DNA of 64,000 nucleotides from an uncultured Acidobacteriota bacterium (GTDB lineage Bacteria; Acidobacteriota; UBA6911; RPQK01; JAPXNP01): NCBI GenBank assembly GCA_963777605.1, contig CAVZRV010000030.1, positions 352,001 to 416,000 of the forward strand, read 5' to 3'. Shown piece by piece: positions 31,645 to 41,131 of this stretch (position 1 is its first letter; each line of letters starts with the position of its first letter). The notes under the pieces were generated by a model. It saw only the letters and a program-made list of their open reading frames with translations, ran no database searches and was not told where the DNA came from. The position numbers and the translations under genes were made by a program.

Positions 31645-32379
31645 CTATCGATCGCAACCACCTGTCTTTCGGTGGAGTCGGGCGGGATCTTGAACCGACT
31701 TCCGGCACAGCTCCAGGAGGCGATCCGCCAGACGGCCTGCCTGCTGTGCGGTTCGATCGATTTCCGTCAACGCCTCATGTTCCGGTCGCCCGGGACGCAG
31801 ATGGCTCTGGGCCAACTGGGAGCGGACCGCAATGATCGTCAGCATGTTCTTGAAGTCATGGACCACGTCGGCCGTCAGTAGACTGAGTGCCTCCAGTTGA
31901 GAGATGTCTGGGTGTCGAGGTGGGGCGGCTTCTGCTGGAGAAACGTTGGATCTCGATTGAATCGTCATGAGAAAGAGACGCCGCTCGGGAAGTCCCGCAG
32001 CCGCAACACTCCACTTCGTTTTCAGGGAACTGCCGTCGCCGCACACCATCTCGACGTCACACTCATGTGGAAACGACTCGATTTCACGAAGGCGCTTCAG
32101 CCAATCCGGCATCGTCTCTTGCTGTCGCGTCGCAATAAGCTGATCCAGCCTCCGATCGGCGATTAAATCGGAGGGCCGGCGCAGAAGCTGCGACAGGGCG
32201 GGATTGGCAAGCAGAACTCGGCCCTCCGGCTCGATGAGCAGAGTCGGGAAAACGGCCCCAGAGACCTTTTGTGCGTCGGCCACCGGGATCCAGGATCCTC
32301 TCTCGTGATCCGTTGGGGCATTACCGTCGCGAGAATCCAGGTTCCCGCGCCACGGGCCCCCTGGCTGATCCTTTGTCAT
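31645..32379 (-). CDS. PAS + HisKA protein lacking the HATPase domain
   Basis: PAS (G.VLLANPA...LL) and H-box VVHDFKNMLT. The ORF ends right after the dimerisation helices. Starts 4 nt after the peptide stop. Confidence 0.7.
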   Translation of the reverse strand: MTKDQPGGPWRGNLDSRDGNAPTDHERGSWIPVADAQKVSGAVFPTLLIEPEGRVLLANPALSQLLRRPSDLIADRRLDQLIATRQQETMPDWLKRLREIESFPHECDVEMVCGDGSSLKTKWSVAAAGLPERRLFLMTIQSRSNVSPAEAAPPRHPDISQLEALSLLTADVVHDFKNMLTIIAVRSQLAQSHLRPGRPEHEALTEIDRTAQQAGRLADRLLELCRKSVQDPARLHRKTGGCDR

Positions 32380-32383
32380 GCAT

Positions 32384-32548
32384 TTAGCAGTTGCCGTCGC
32401 GGCAGGGCGGTGGGGGCGGCGGCGTCGGACAGCAGTCCTCGGTCTGTACAATCGGGTCCTGGCTCTCCGTTCCAGAGCCGGTCTGCGTGTCTGTCAGTGC
32501 TACGAACGACAGGGCCGTCAAAGTCGCAACCAAAATCCATTCAACCAT
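32384..32548 (-). CDS. 54-aa secreted Cys/Pro-rich peptide (putative signal precursor)
   Basis: AAAGGGAG RBS; hydrophobic leader WILVATLTALSFVA; C-terminus EDCCPTPPPPPPCRDGNC. Confidence 0.7.
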   Translation of the reverse strand: MVEWILVATLTALSFVALTDTQTGSGTESQDPIVQTEDCCPTPPPPPPCRDGNC

Positions 32549-32582
32549 CTCCACACTCCCTTTCTGTCCATCGGACCCGCGC

Positions 32583-32665
32583 AGACTAGACCCGGCACAC
32601 GCTTGGGACCAAAAATTTTCAGAAGGACCGAACACTTTCGGCTCGAGGTGTTCGGAATGTCCGAA
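32583..32665 (-). promoter_or_regulatory. Operator-promoter copy 1 (upstream of the peptide gene)
   Basis: Boxes at 32618-32632 and 32651-32665 (TTCGGAATGTCCGAA), 33 bp apart; putative -10 TAGTCT at 32583-32588. Confidence 0.75.
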
Positions 32666-32725
32666 AAGAGGTGACCGGAAAGGAATTCTTGATCTAAGCT
32701 GGAAGTCGCGAATAGACTTCAGGGG

Positions 32726-33466
32726 ATGTCGCTGTCTGAGATCCCAATGTTGTTCAACACGGGGCTGTTACTGGTTTTGGTTTTTCGGATGGTGAGCAAA
32801 GGATTGGTTTCGGATTACCGCGTTTTCTTCGGCTATCTGGTCTTCGAGACCATTGCAACCCTGGTTTCGGAGTGGATCATCCTCCAATTTGGATTGAATT
32901 CGACCGCGTACCGAATTGACTACTACACGTATTCGACTCTGACTCCGGCCTTCCAAATCTGGGTGCTCATCGACCTGGCTCGCCGCAACTTCCGGACCGG
33001 CAGCGAGTCTCCCCACGCCACCAACGTGCTCGCGGTGCTCTCGATCCTCGTGGGGCTTCCCGTGTTCGTGTTCATCGGGTTCTTACCGGTCTACGGCTAC
33101 GATCGGGTTCAGGCCGTCAGTCTGGTCTTTCAAATGGTCCTGACCCTGCTGATCTACCTCTACCTGCTGGAACGACGGGACATTGACCCGGGTAAGAACC
33201 TCAAGGCTATTCTGGGTGGGATGACCCTGATGGTCACCTGCCAGTCGTTGAATTTCGTGAGCTATTTCCAGGACCGAATCGGATTTGAGGTCTTCCAGTT
33301 CGGAGTCCCGGCGATCTACGGTGTGGCCCTGGTGATCTTCACCGTCGGACTTTGGAACTACGCACCGGCAAGTGCGTCGGCGGAACAGCGCACGCTGAAC
33401 CTGGGATTACAGCGGAGTGTCCGTTTAATGCTGCACCTTCTCTACGAGAGGCCATCCAGCCAATGA
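32726..33466 (+). CDS. Uncharacterised ~7-TM membrane protein (putative peptide receptor)
   Basis: About seven hydrophobic segments in 246 aa, no recognisable catalytic domain, divergent from the peptide gene. Confidence 0.75.
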   Translation: MSLSEIPMLFNTGLLLVLVFRMVSKGLVSDYRVFFGYLVFETIATLVSEWIILQFGLNSTAYRIDYYTYSTLTPAFQIWVLIDLARRNFRTGSESPHATNVLAVLSILVGLPVFVFIGFLPVYGYDRVQAVSLVFQMVLTLLIYLYLLERRDIDPGKNLKAILGGMTLMVTCQSLNFVSYFQDRIGFEVFQFGVPAIYGVALVIFTVGLWNYAPASASAEQRTLNLGLQRSVRLMLHLLYERPSSQ

Positions 33467-33885
33467 GATTCGATGACTACATTGAAATCTACTTCCTGGG
33501 ACTGGTCGCCTGTGTGGCCGTCGTTGCGGCCTACTACCACCTGGCTCGGATCGAGATCCGGGAATCGGATCGCAAGAAGCTCAGTGAAGCCAACCTCAAT
33601 CTGGAAGTGATCCTGATCATGCTGGAAGCGCCCGACACGCAGTACCTGATGTCAAAATCGGGCAGAGGAAAGTTCCTCTTCACGGAGTATTCCCGCTCGC
33701 TCAGGGCAGACGTCCTGGGGCTCATCCGGACACGGGAACTGGGTCTGAAGTCCTACGGACTGATTGCCGCCTTCTACGCCACCTATTGGGTAATGTCCTG
33801 GAAGAGCAAACTCTCGGCCAGTCTCAACGACATTCGCGTGCTCTCCGCGCTGGAACTCAGGCTGGTTCGGGCTCTAGTGTTCTGA
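33463..33885 (+). CDS. 140-aa hypothetical protein with N-terminal TM
   Basis: ATGA coupling to the TM gene; the C-terminal half is conserved in a second copy at 55724-55980. Confidence 0.75.
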   Translation: MRFDDYIEIYFLGLVACVAVVAAYYHLARIEIRESDRKKLSEANLNLEVILIMLEAPDTQYLMSKSGRGKFLFTEYSRSLRADVLGLIRTRELGLKSYGLIAAFYATYWVMSWKSKLSASLNDIRVLSALELRLVRALVF

Positions 33886-34452
33886 GTCGTCAGAGAACAG
33901 CGCACACCAGTTGACCAGGTAGTGCTGAACCAGCTTCTCCACGTAGCCCGGGCACCCTTCCGCCTTGAGGAAGAAATGGTAGGTGGCGTCGAGGTAGTTC
34001 TGCTGCCACCACAGGCCTTCACTGGGAGGATGGCCGTTTTCCAGGCGGACCAGACAGCGATCGAGCAGGAAGTCGCTCAAGTTCTGATACATCACGATCC
34101 GGCACGACCGGCCACGAACCTCAAACAGGGAACCCCCTTCAGCCCCGGAGAGCCGGATGACTTCTCCGAGGCGAAATTCCTGAAGCCGCCTCAGGTAGAG
34201 GAGTTCGCTGTCCTCGGCGCGGGTTCCTGACGATTCTGTCGGCCAGACTGCCGAGATATCGGCCTCGAGCACCCCGAGCACCCGGAACAGCGACTCCAGG
34301 TTCAGCCGGTAGGCTCCGGCCTCCATCGAGGCGTAGGAACTCGTGGGAATCCCGGCCCGCTCCGCAAGCTCCCTCAAGCCCACATTTCTCATCAGGCGCA
34401 GTCTTCGAAGCCGTTGTCTGACAAAATCATTCACCGATTGCCCGCAATCCAT
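33874..34452 (-). CDS. XRE-family HTH transcriptional regulator with unknown C-terminal domain
   Basis: LRRLR...VGLRELAERAGIP.SSYASMEAG...NLE.LFRVL..LE; RBS AAGGGGG. Confidence 0.88.
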   Translation of the reverse strand: MDCGQSVNDFVRQRLRRLRLMRNVGLRELAERAGIPTSSYASMEAGAYRLNLESLFRVLGVLEADISAVWPTESSGTRAEDSELLYLRRLQEFRLGEVIRLSGAEGGSLFEVRGRSCRIVMYQNLSDFLLDRCLVRLENGHPPSEGLWWQQNYLDATYHFFLKAEGCPGYVEKLVQHYLVNWCALFSDDSEH

Positions 34453-34596
34453 GGCTATTTCCCCCTTGGCATCACTTTGTCGGGAAACGTTATCGACGGG
34501 TTTCGGTCCTGTCAATACCCCAAAAGAGCATCTCGAGCGATCATCCTCTCAGACGCCACACGACGCCCCCTCGTGAAACGGCCGGAGCAGACCAGA

Positions 34597-34682
34597 GTGT
34601 TCGGGTATTCCGAACACTTTTGCCCCGAAGTGTTCGGACATTATGAAAATTCTTGGGGGCGAGAACCACGTTATGGTACATC
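34597..34682 (+). promoter_or_regulatory. Operator-promoter copy 2 (upstream of the Rhs operon)
   Basis: TTCGGGTATTCCGAA at 34600 and TTCGGACATTATGAA at 34633; extended -10-like TGgTACATC with TA at 34677. Confidence 0.75.
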
Positions 34683-34736
34683 CCGCTCGAGCGACGGGTT
34701 TCCTCAAACCGAAACTTTCGATCGGGAGAGTCTGTC

Positions 34737-35432
34737 ATGAAAGTGAAGCCAGTGCTTGTGCTTCCCGCCTTGTTTCTCCTCACCGCCCTGCTTCCGGCCC
34801 AGTCGGTTGCCGACCAGATTTTGGAACGCTACGGCGGTCGGGCCGTCGTATCCGAACTCGGCCGCTTCGAGGTCACAGGACACTTTGAAGGCACCAAGGT
34901 GGCAGAGGCTTTCACGCTTCGGGCCGCGGGTGAGCGAAGCCACTTCGAGACGCCGACGTTTCGCGAGATACGCGACGGGTCGATTGGTCAAGCGGCCCCT
35001 TCCGATCGCGCGCTGGCCGCTCCGAGAAGACGGATCGTCGGTACCGACGACCGGTTGATTCTCCCCATGAGTCTTTTGTCACGTCTGGCCTCATTTCGCT
35101 ATGCGGGCCTCGAGCAGGGAAAGTACTGGTTCGAAACCCAGATCGACAAGAAGGAATTCATCGGCTACGACCAGCCGCCGGTTCAGGTCGAACTGACATT
35201 TGACGCCACGACGTTGCTCTTACAGAGCGCGCGATTCATCGACCCCAACCGCGGGTCGGACTTCGCACTGACCTACGAGGAGTACACGCTCGTTGGCAAA
35301 GTGCCGGTTGCGACGCGCATCGTCCGCTGGATGAACGAGGAGCCGATTCATGCCCTGCGGATTGAGACGGTCAGTTTCAGTCCGACCTTCACCGACGAGG
35401 ACCTGGCTCTGGTTGAGGAAGGAGGCCGCTAA
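34737..35432 (+). CDS. Secreted beta-rich protein (LolA-like fold suspected), Rhs accessory
   Basis: Signal peptide; C-terminal Y.EY..VG.VPV..RI...I.V.F.P.F.D pattern; TAATG overlap with Rhs. Confidence 0.65.
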   Translation: MKVKPVLVLPALFLLTALLPAQSVADQILERYGGRAVVSELGRFEVTGHFEGTKVAEAFTLRAAGERSHFETPTFREIRDGSIGQAAPSDRALAAPRRRIVGTDDRLILPMSLLSRLASFRYAGLEQGKYWFETQIDKKEFIGYDQPPVQVELTFDATTLLLQSARFIDPNRGSDFALTYEEYTLVGKVPVATRIVRWMNEEPIHALRIETVSFSPTFTDEDLALVEEGGR

Positions 35433-38400
35433 TGAACACCAGCACACGGTACCTCCTTGCGCTTTTGGCCAGCTGTTTGACCTTCTCAGCCGTCTTGGCC
35501 GACGACCCGTATGAAGCGGAAGAGAACAAGAACGGCTATCAGTTGACTTCAACCTACGGTGGGTTCCTCTCCTCGGGAGGCCTCTACTCGCTCAACGTCA
35601 ATCAATATACCGGCGGTTACAACCTGCACATTCCGATTCTATCCCTTGCAGGCCGGGCCGGGCATGATCTCAACATCACGGCCACTTACAACAGCAAGCA
35701 GCTCTGGCTCGAGCCGTGGCAGATGTACACCTGGGAGGGATACCGCTACGGATTCAATATCAACAGCTATTTGCCCGGACCTCACTCGGGACGTTGGCTA
35801 CTGAACATCTGGCCCTCCATCAAAGAAGAGGTCCCAAACAGTCTCTACTACTTCACCACTCCAGACGGCGCCGTTCACGTTCTGAACCAGAACGTCAGCA
35901 ACCGGTTCTTGGCCGCTGACGGCAGCTACATCGCCTACATTCCCTCTACCAAGAAGGTGGTCTACCCCGACGGCAGCTTCTGGGACTTCAGCGTCTACGA
36001 CACCCAGCACAAGGTGCATCATGTCGATCGCAACGGCAACCGCATCACTTACGTCTACAGCCAATACTCCGGATCGCTGTGGCGCCCCACCCAGATCATC
36101 GATACCCTGGGACGAGAGATCAACTTCGTTTATGGAGACTCGGAGTGGTCCTATGTCACCGAAATTCAGATCCTGAACCGGGACGGTACGGGCCATCAGA
36201 CCTTGACCTACGAGCTTGACTATTCGAGTGTCCCGGTCGACTTGGACGCCATTGAGTACCACAACGGTTCCTGGCGGAAGTACTACGGCACGATCTATGG
36301 GCTCTCCGATTATCGCGTGCTGACGTCGATCGGGCTGCCGAATGGGACGGGTTACTCGATCACCTACGCGACGGATCACGTCAAGAACGAGGCCGAGCAG
36401 TGGGAGGATGTGAGTACCTATCAGCTGGACGAACTCACGTTGCCGACCGGGGCTACGGTCTCCTTCGACTATGCGACACCCCCGGTTCCGACCGCCAATC
36501 AAACCACAACCGCAATTTGGGGCGAGCAACTGAAGTATGCGGAGCGGGTCAGCCGCAGGGTCTCGAGCGTAACCGTCGATCCACTGGACGGCTATCCCTT
36601 CGCGACCACCTACAGTTTCGTCCGGGACTCCGACAACAACATTACGCAAACCACGGAGACGAAACCGGACGGCAGCAAAGTGGTCACTGATTTCTACGGT
36701 TCCACGGAAAACAGCGCGTTACTTCGGGAGGTGCAGACCGTCTATGACACGAACGGGACGACCGAGCTTCGCAGTTCAGAATCCGGCTGGGCCGACACGA
36801 GCTATGGTAAGCGCATCTCGGTCAGTTTGACCGAGGAGCGGTCCGCCTTGGCCGCAACACCGAGTTATGTTCGGACCGAAAGGACCTACGACTACTTCGG
36901 CCGCCTGACTCGGGAGAAGGTCCTGGACGGGGATCGCATTAACTACTACTACCCGCTTCGCGCCCGGCATCTCGAATACGATACCTTCGACTGGACTCGC
37001 TATATCAGTAAACTCCGCCGCGTCGAGGAGACGGCCTGGAACGGCACCTCCGACGAGTACGTGGTCCAAGCGACGGTGTACAACTACGACCAATACGCAC
37101 TGACCGATCGAACGAGCCCCGCCCAGCACGACCCGACCTTTACGACCAGTTACACGAACCGCGGAAATGTGACCCAGGTCCAGGCATACCTTGTGTCCGA
37201 AAATCGCTGGATCACCACCCAGACCCACTACGACATCCTCGGAAACCCGGTTCAGGTCACCGACCCGTTGAGTCATTCAACGACGACCACGTATGCGGCC
37301 GGCACAAATAACCACTACGCCTTTCCGACCCGCGTGACCAACGCCCTCAGCCAATACACCGACATCGTCTTCGACTTCTATACGGGTCTCCCCTTTCAGG
37401 TTACCGATCCCAACGGCCAATCCAGTACGTTCACCTACGATATCTACAATCGACTTATCCAGAAGAACACGCCCGGTGGGGGCCAGGAGAATTACGCCTA
37501 CTACGATCAGTACAATACGGGGATTTACCGTCTTAAGTCGGAAAAGACCGGAAAGATCACCTCCACGGACTCCGCGACCCAGACGATGTACTTTGACGGG
37601 ATCGGCCGGCTGGTGCGGACGGAGCTGGAACAGGATGTGGGAGGGCCGGTCATCATCGACCGTCAATACGAACTCTGCACCTGTAGCGGCAAGGTCGCTC
37701 GAGAGTCGATGCCCTATCGAAGCGGTGAACCGGTCCTCTGGACGGAAAAGCGCTATGACGGGCTCGGCCGGGTTCTCAAGGTCATTCCCCCGGACGGGAG
37801 CGCATCCTCCAACAACACCGAGTATCGGTACAAGTTCGGGGAAAGTCCCCTCTCGGGCCTTCACGGCGCCTCGTTTGTCGGCGTCTTCGACGGCACCCGC
37901 CGGGGCCGGGTCTACGTCTATGGGATGGACGGCGACCTGATCGAAGTGGGAGAGGACGCCAAGTACTCCGATCTGAGCTACACCTACGCGACGCAGTACG
38001 AGAAGCGGCCCGATACGAACTACCTGACCAACGGCCGACGCCGCGACGGCGTCCTGATCAACTATGCCCGCACCACCTATCGGGACATCATTCAGGGCTC
38101 TCAGACCCGGACCTTCCGGTCCGACAGCTTGGGACGCCTGGTCTCCGAGCTTCATCCCGAAAACGGCACAACGTCGTACACATACGATGACGCCGGAAGG
38201 CTTGCGACCCGCACGGATGCCCGCAACTGGGTGACCAACTACTCCTACGACAATATCAATCGGCCCACCGGGCGGACCTACTCGGGTGATGGCGGTGTGA
38301 CGCCGTCGGCGACCTACACCTACGATCAAGGCACCTACGGGATCGGCCACATGAGCAGCTGGTCGTCGGCGAACAACGTCTCGGGCGGAGCCGAGTTCGA

Positions 38401-41131
38401 TGTCGCGGGCCGCACGACCCGTCAGTGGCTGTCGCTTCCGTCGAACTCCCAGGAAGAAGTGAACTATACGTACAATCTCGCCGGCCAACGCACGTCGTTC
38501 GAGTATCCGAACAACGAGACGTTGACTTACAGCTACAACGGGATCGGCCAGTTGACCGATCTGACCTCGAGCTGGGTCGACGCCCAGCATCCGGCCAATC
38601 TCCTCTCGTCGATTAATTACAACTCGGCCGGACAACCCGACTATGCCCTCCTGGGGAACAATCGGGAGCTTCGGCGGGGATACCATCCCGTGACCGGACA
38701 ACTCCAGCATCACGAGGTCCGAAACATCGACATTCCCTTTGCGAATGCCGGCTTCGAATCGGGATCGGGCGGCGATGCCTCCGACTGGTCGGAGATCCTC
38801 GGGTCGGCCAGAAGCGACGAGGCGGCCCTAACCGGCAAGTACTCGTTGAAGCTGGCCTCAGGATCGCTGGCCCTGGCCTCGGCAAGTAGCTACATCGCCG
38901 TCCAGGGCAGTACCACCTACACCCTGTCCGGCTACCTCTACCTGTCCTATTACCACTCGGGCAACGTCTACATCGATCCCGACGGCGGAAATGCCCAGGG
39001 GCAGGCTTTTACGAACGCCCAAGCGTTTGCCGACACGTCGAAAGTCGGCACGTGGCAGCGCGTCTCGACGACGTTTACGACCGCGGCCGGGACGACTGGA
39101 GTCAAGGTCCGCGTGGTCCACGACGGAGGCCAGTCCGGAACCTCGGCCGTCTTCTATGCCGATGAGCTGTCGATTACCGCCGGCACGACGGCTCCGGCCG
39201 CGGCCTGGACTTACGATTACCGGGACGGTGGGGTGGCGGTGGCGAACTCGAGCTTTGAAGCCGGCTCATCGACCAATGCCGTAGGCTGGAATCAAACGAC
39301 CTACGCTTACCGGGACGGAGCTCGGGCGAAGGCGGGAGCGTACTCGATGAAACTGGGCGGCTATTCGACGACTGTCGCGACCTTGTCGAACTACGCCAAG
39401 GTCCGGGGCTCGACCCACTATCGCCTTTCGGGCTGGATCTATATCAGCTCCTACGGGAGCGGCAACGTCTACCTGGACCTCAACGACGGCAACGGCGAAG
39501 GCCAGAACTTCACCGACCTCAACCTCCAGGCGAATACCGGAACCGTCGGAAGTTGGCAATACGTCACCGGAACGTTCGACACGGCGGCCTCGACGGCCGG
39601 CGTCAAGGTGCGCTGTGTCAAAGACGGCGGCTACACCACAACCGCCTACTTCGACGGGATCGAAATCCGGGAGGAGTCGGCGGACTTCGGCACCCCGCAA
39701 AACGGCATGATCCAGGCGATCCAGGACCAGGTCAATCCCAACTACTCGGAGACCTATCACTACGACGAACTCTACCGGCTTGACTCGGCGGAGACCAGTG
39801 TCTGGAGTCTGTCCTGGGTCTACGACCGTTACGGCAACCGGTTGAGCCAGTCGGGATCGGGTGGCGTGCCGACCGAGACCCTCACGATCAGTACCACTAC
39901 AAATCGGGTGAGCGGCTGGACGTACGATGCCGCAGGCAATGTCACCAACGACGGCACCCACACCTATGCCTATGATGCCGAAAACCGCTTAATCAGCGTC
40001 GATGCGGGAGTCACCGCGACCTACGCATACGGCCCCAACGGTGAACGGGTCTGGAAAATTGCCGGAGGCGTGACAACCTACTACTACTGGGGGATCGGCG
40101 AGAAGGTCTCGGGCTCCTGGACCAAGTTCTTCGTCTCGGGCCTGGGTGGTAAGCTGGTCGAGTACAGCAGTTCGACGACGAAGTTTTTTGTGACCAATCA
40201 TCTCGGCAGTGTGGCGGCGCGCATGGATGTCAGTGGAACCCTCAGTGAAACCTACCGCTATCTTCCGTTTGGAGAGCTTTTTGCGGGCTCCGCAACCACC
40301 CACGAGTTCACCGGCAAGGAGCGGGATCAGGAATCAGGGCTCGACTACTTCGGGGCACGGTATCTGGCGTCCAATCACGGCCGGTGGATGAGTGTTGATC
40401 CGGTCTTTCGGAAGGCCCATGACCCACAATCTCTAAATAGGTATGCTTATTCCCGGAACGATCCCATTGGCAAGTACGATCCAAACGGCGAGGAATGGCG
40501 CATCGTGGACTGCGGAGTTGCCGACACGGGTACCCGCGTAATTGGCCTTCCGGGTTCTACTCAAAAAGAAGAATATTACTGCATATACAATTGGTATCCC
40601 GATGCCCCACCGCCAACAACACCGCCCGCGAAACCTCCAACCAAGGAACAGGATCCCGTTAGAAGGATTCCATGGAAGGAGGTCGAATCGGATTGCATAT
40701 CCCAATGGGCAAAGGATCTGCTCGCACCCTACTTTCCTGATTTAGACTTGGACAGCGTACCGGTTGTCCCGGTCCCGTGGAGTTATCCTGGACTTGTCAC
40801 GCTTGGTGAAACAGACAGATGGCGTGGGATCACCCTCTTTCCCATTGTCTTCTACGATCCTTTGAAGCCTGGAACAGATCCTGGCAGTGACGCTGGCCTG
40901 TGGCTGTTCGCCCATGAATTCACACACTTGGAGCAAATCGAGAACTATGAATTCTTGGGCAGGGAGTGGTTCTATTACACGTACGTCACCTGGTGGGCAT
41001 GGAACGTTTTTCACAATGGTGGATACTCCGATATAGGATTTGAAGAGTGGGCAAACCAGAATGCTAGTGAAATCATGGTGAAAGTGCGGGAGCAGTTAGC
41101 CGGAGGAGAAGGCACCCGTGTTTGTCGGTAA
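35432..41131 (+). CDS. Sec-exported Rhs/YD-repeat polymorphic toxin with two CBM-like inserts and a C-terminal HExxH metallopeptidase-like (DUF4157-like) domain
   Basis: Signal peptide; many YD repeats; core FTGKERDQESGLDYFGARY...LNRYAY..NDP....DPNG; tip AHEFTHLEQ...FEE.A. Confidence 0.92.
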   Translation: MNTSTRYLLALLASCLTFSAVLADDPYEAEENKNGYQLTSTYGGFLSSGGLYSLNVNQYTGGYNLHIPILSLAGRAGHDLNITATYNSKQLWLEPWQMYTWEGYRYGFNINSYLPGPHSGRWLLNIWPSIKEEVPNSLYYFTTPDGAVHVLNQNVSNRFLAADGSYIAYIPSTKKVVYPDGSFWDFSVYDTQHKVHHVDRNGNRITYVYSQYSGSLWRPTQIIDTLGREINFVYGDSEWSYVTEIQILNRDGTGHQTLTYELDYSSVPVDLDAIEYHNGSWRKYYGTIYGLSDYRVLTSIGLPNGTGYSITYATDHVKNEAEQWEDVSTYQLDELTLPTGATVSFDYATPPVPTANQTTTAIWGEQLKYAERVSRRVSSVTVDPLDGYPFATTYSFVRDSDNNITQTTETKPDGSKVVTDFYGSTENSALLREVQTVYDTNGTTELRSSESGWADTSYGKRISVSLTEERSALAATPSYVRTERTYDYFGRLTREKVLDGDRINYYYPLRARHLEYDTFDWTRYISKLRRVEETAWNGTSDEYVVQATVYNYDQYALTDRTSPAQHDPTFTTSYTNRGNVTQVQAYLVSENRWITTQTHYDILGNPVQVTDPLSHSTTTTYAAGTNNHYAFPTRVTNALSQYTDIVFDFYTGLPFQVTDPNGQSSTFTYDIYNRLIQKNTPGGGQENYAYYDQYNTGIYRLKSEKTGKITSTDSATQTMYFDGIGRLVRTELEQDVGGPVIIDRQYELCTCSGKVARESMPYRSGEPVLWTEKRYDGLGRVLKVIPPDGSASSNNTEYRYKFGESPLSGLHGASFVGVFDGTRRGRVYVYGMDGDLIEVGEDAKYSDLSYTYATQYEKRPDTNYLTNGRRRDGVLINYARTTYRDIIQGSQTRTFRSDSLGRLVSELHPENGTTSYTYDDAGRLATRTDARNWVTNYSYDNINRPTGRTYSGDGGVTPSATYTYDQGTYGIGHMSSWSSANNVSGGAEFDVAGRTTRQWLSLPSNSQEEVNYTYNLAGQRTSFEYPNNETLTYSYNGIGQLTDLTSSWVDAQHPANLLSSINYNSAGQPDYALLGNNRELRRGYHPVTGQLQHHEVRNIDIPFANAGFESGSGGDASDWSEILGSARSDEAALTGKYSLKLASGSLALASASSYIAVQGSTTYTLSGYLYLSYYHSGNVYIDPDGGNAQGQAFTNAQAFADTSKVGTWQRVSTTFTTAAGTTGVKVRVVHDGGQSGTSAVFYADELSITAGTTAPAAAWTYDYRDGGVAVANSSFEAGSSTNAVGWNQTTYAYRDGARAKAGAYSMKLGGYSTTVATLSNYAKVRGSTHYRLSGWIYISSYGSGNVYLDLNDGNGEGQNFTDLNLQANTGTVGSWQYVTGTFDTAASTAGVKVRCVKDGGYTTTAYFDGIEIREESADFGTPQNGMIQAIQDQVNPNYSETYHYDELYRLDSAETSVWSLSWVYDRYGNRLSQSGSGGVPTETLTISTTTNRVSGWTYDAAGNVTNDGTHTYAYDAENRLISVDAGVTATYAYGPNGERVWKIAGGVTTYYYWGIGEKVSGSWTKFFVSGLGGKLVEYSSSTTKFFVTNHLGSVAARMDVSGTLSETYRYLPFGELFAGSATTHEFTGKERDQESGLDYFGARYLASNHGRWMSVDPVFRKAHDPQSLNRYAYSRNDPIGKYDPNGEEWRIVDCGVADTGTRVIGLPGSTQKEEYYCIYNWYPDAPPPTTPPAKPPTKEQDPVRRIPWKEVESDCISQWAKDLLAPYFPDLDLDSVPVVPVPWSYPGLVTLGETDRWRGITLFPIVFYDPLKPGTDPGSDAGLWLFAHEFTHLEQIENYEFLGREWFYYTYVTWWAWNVFHNGGYSDIGFEEWANQNASEIMVKVREQLAGGEGTRVCR

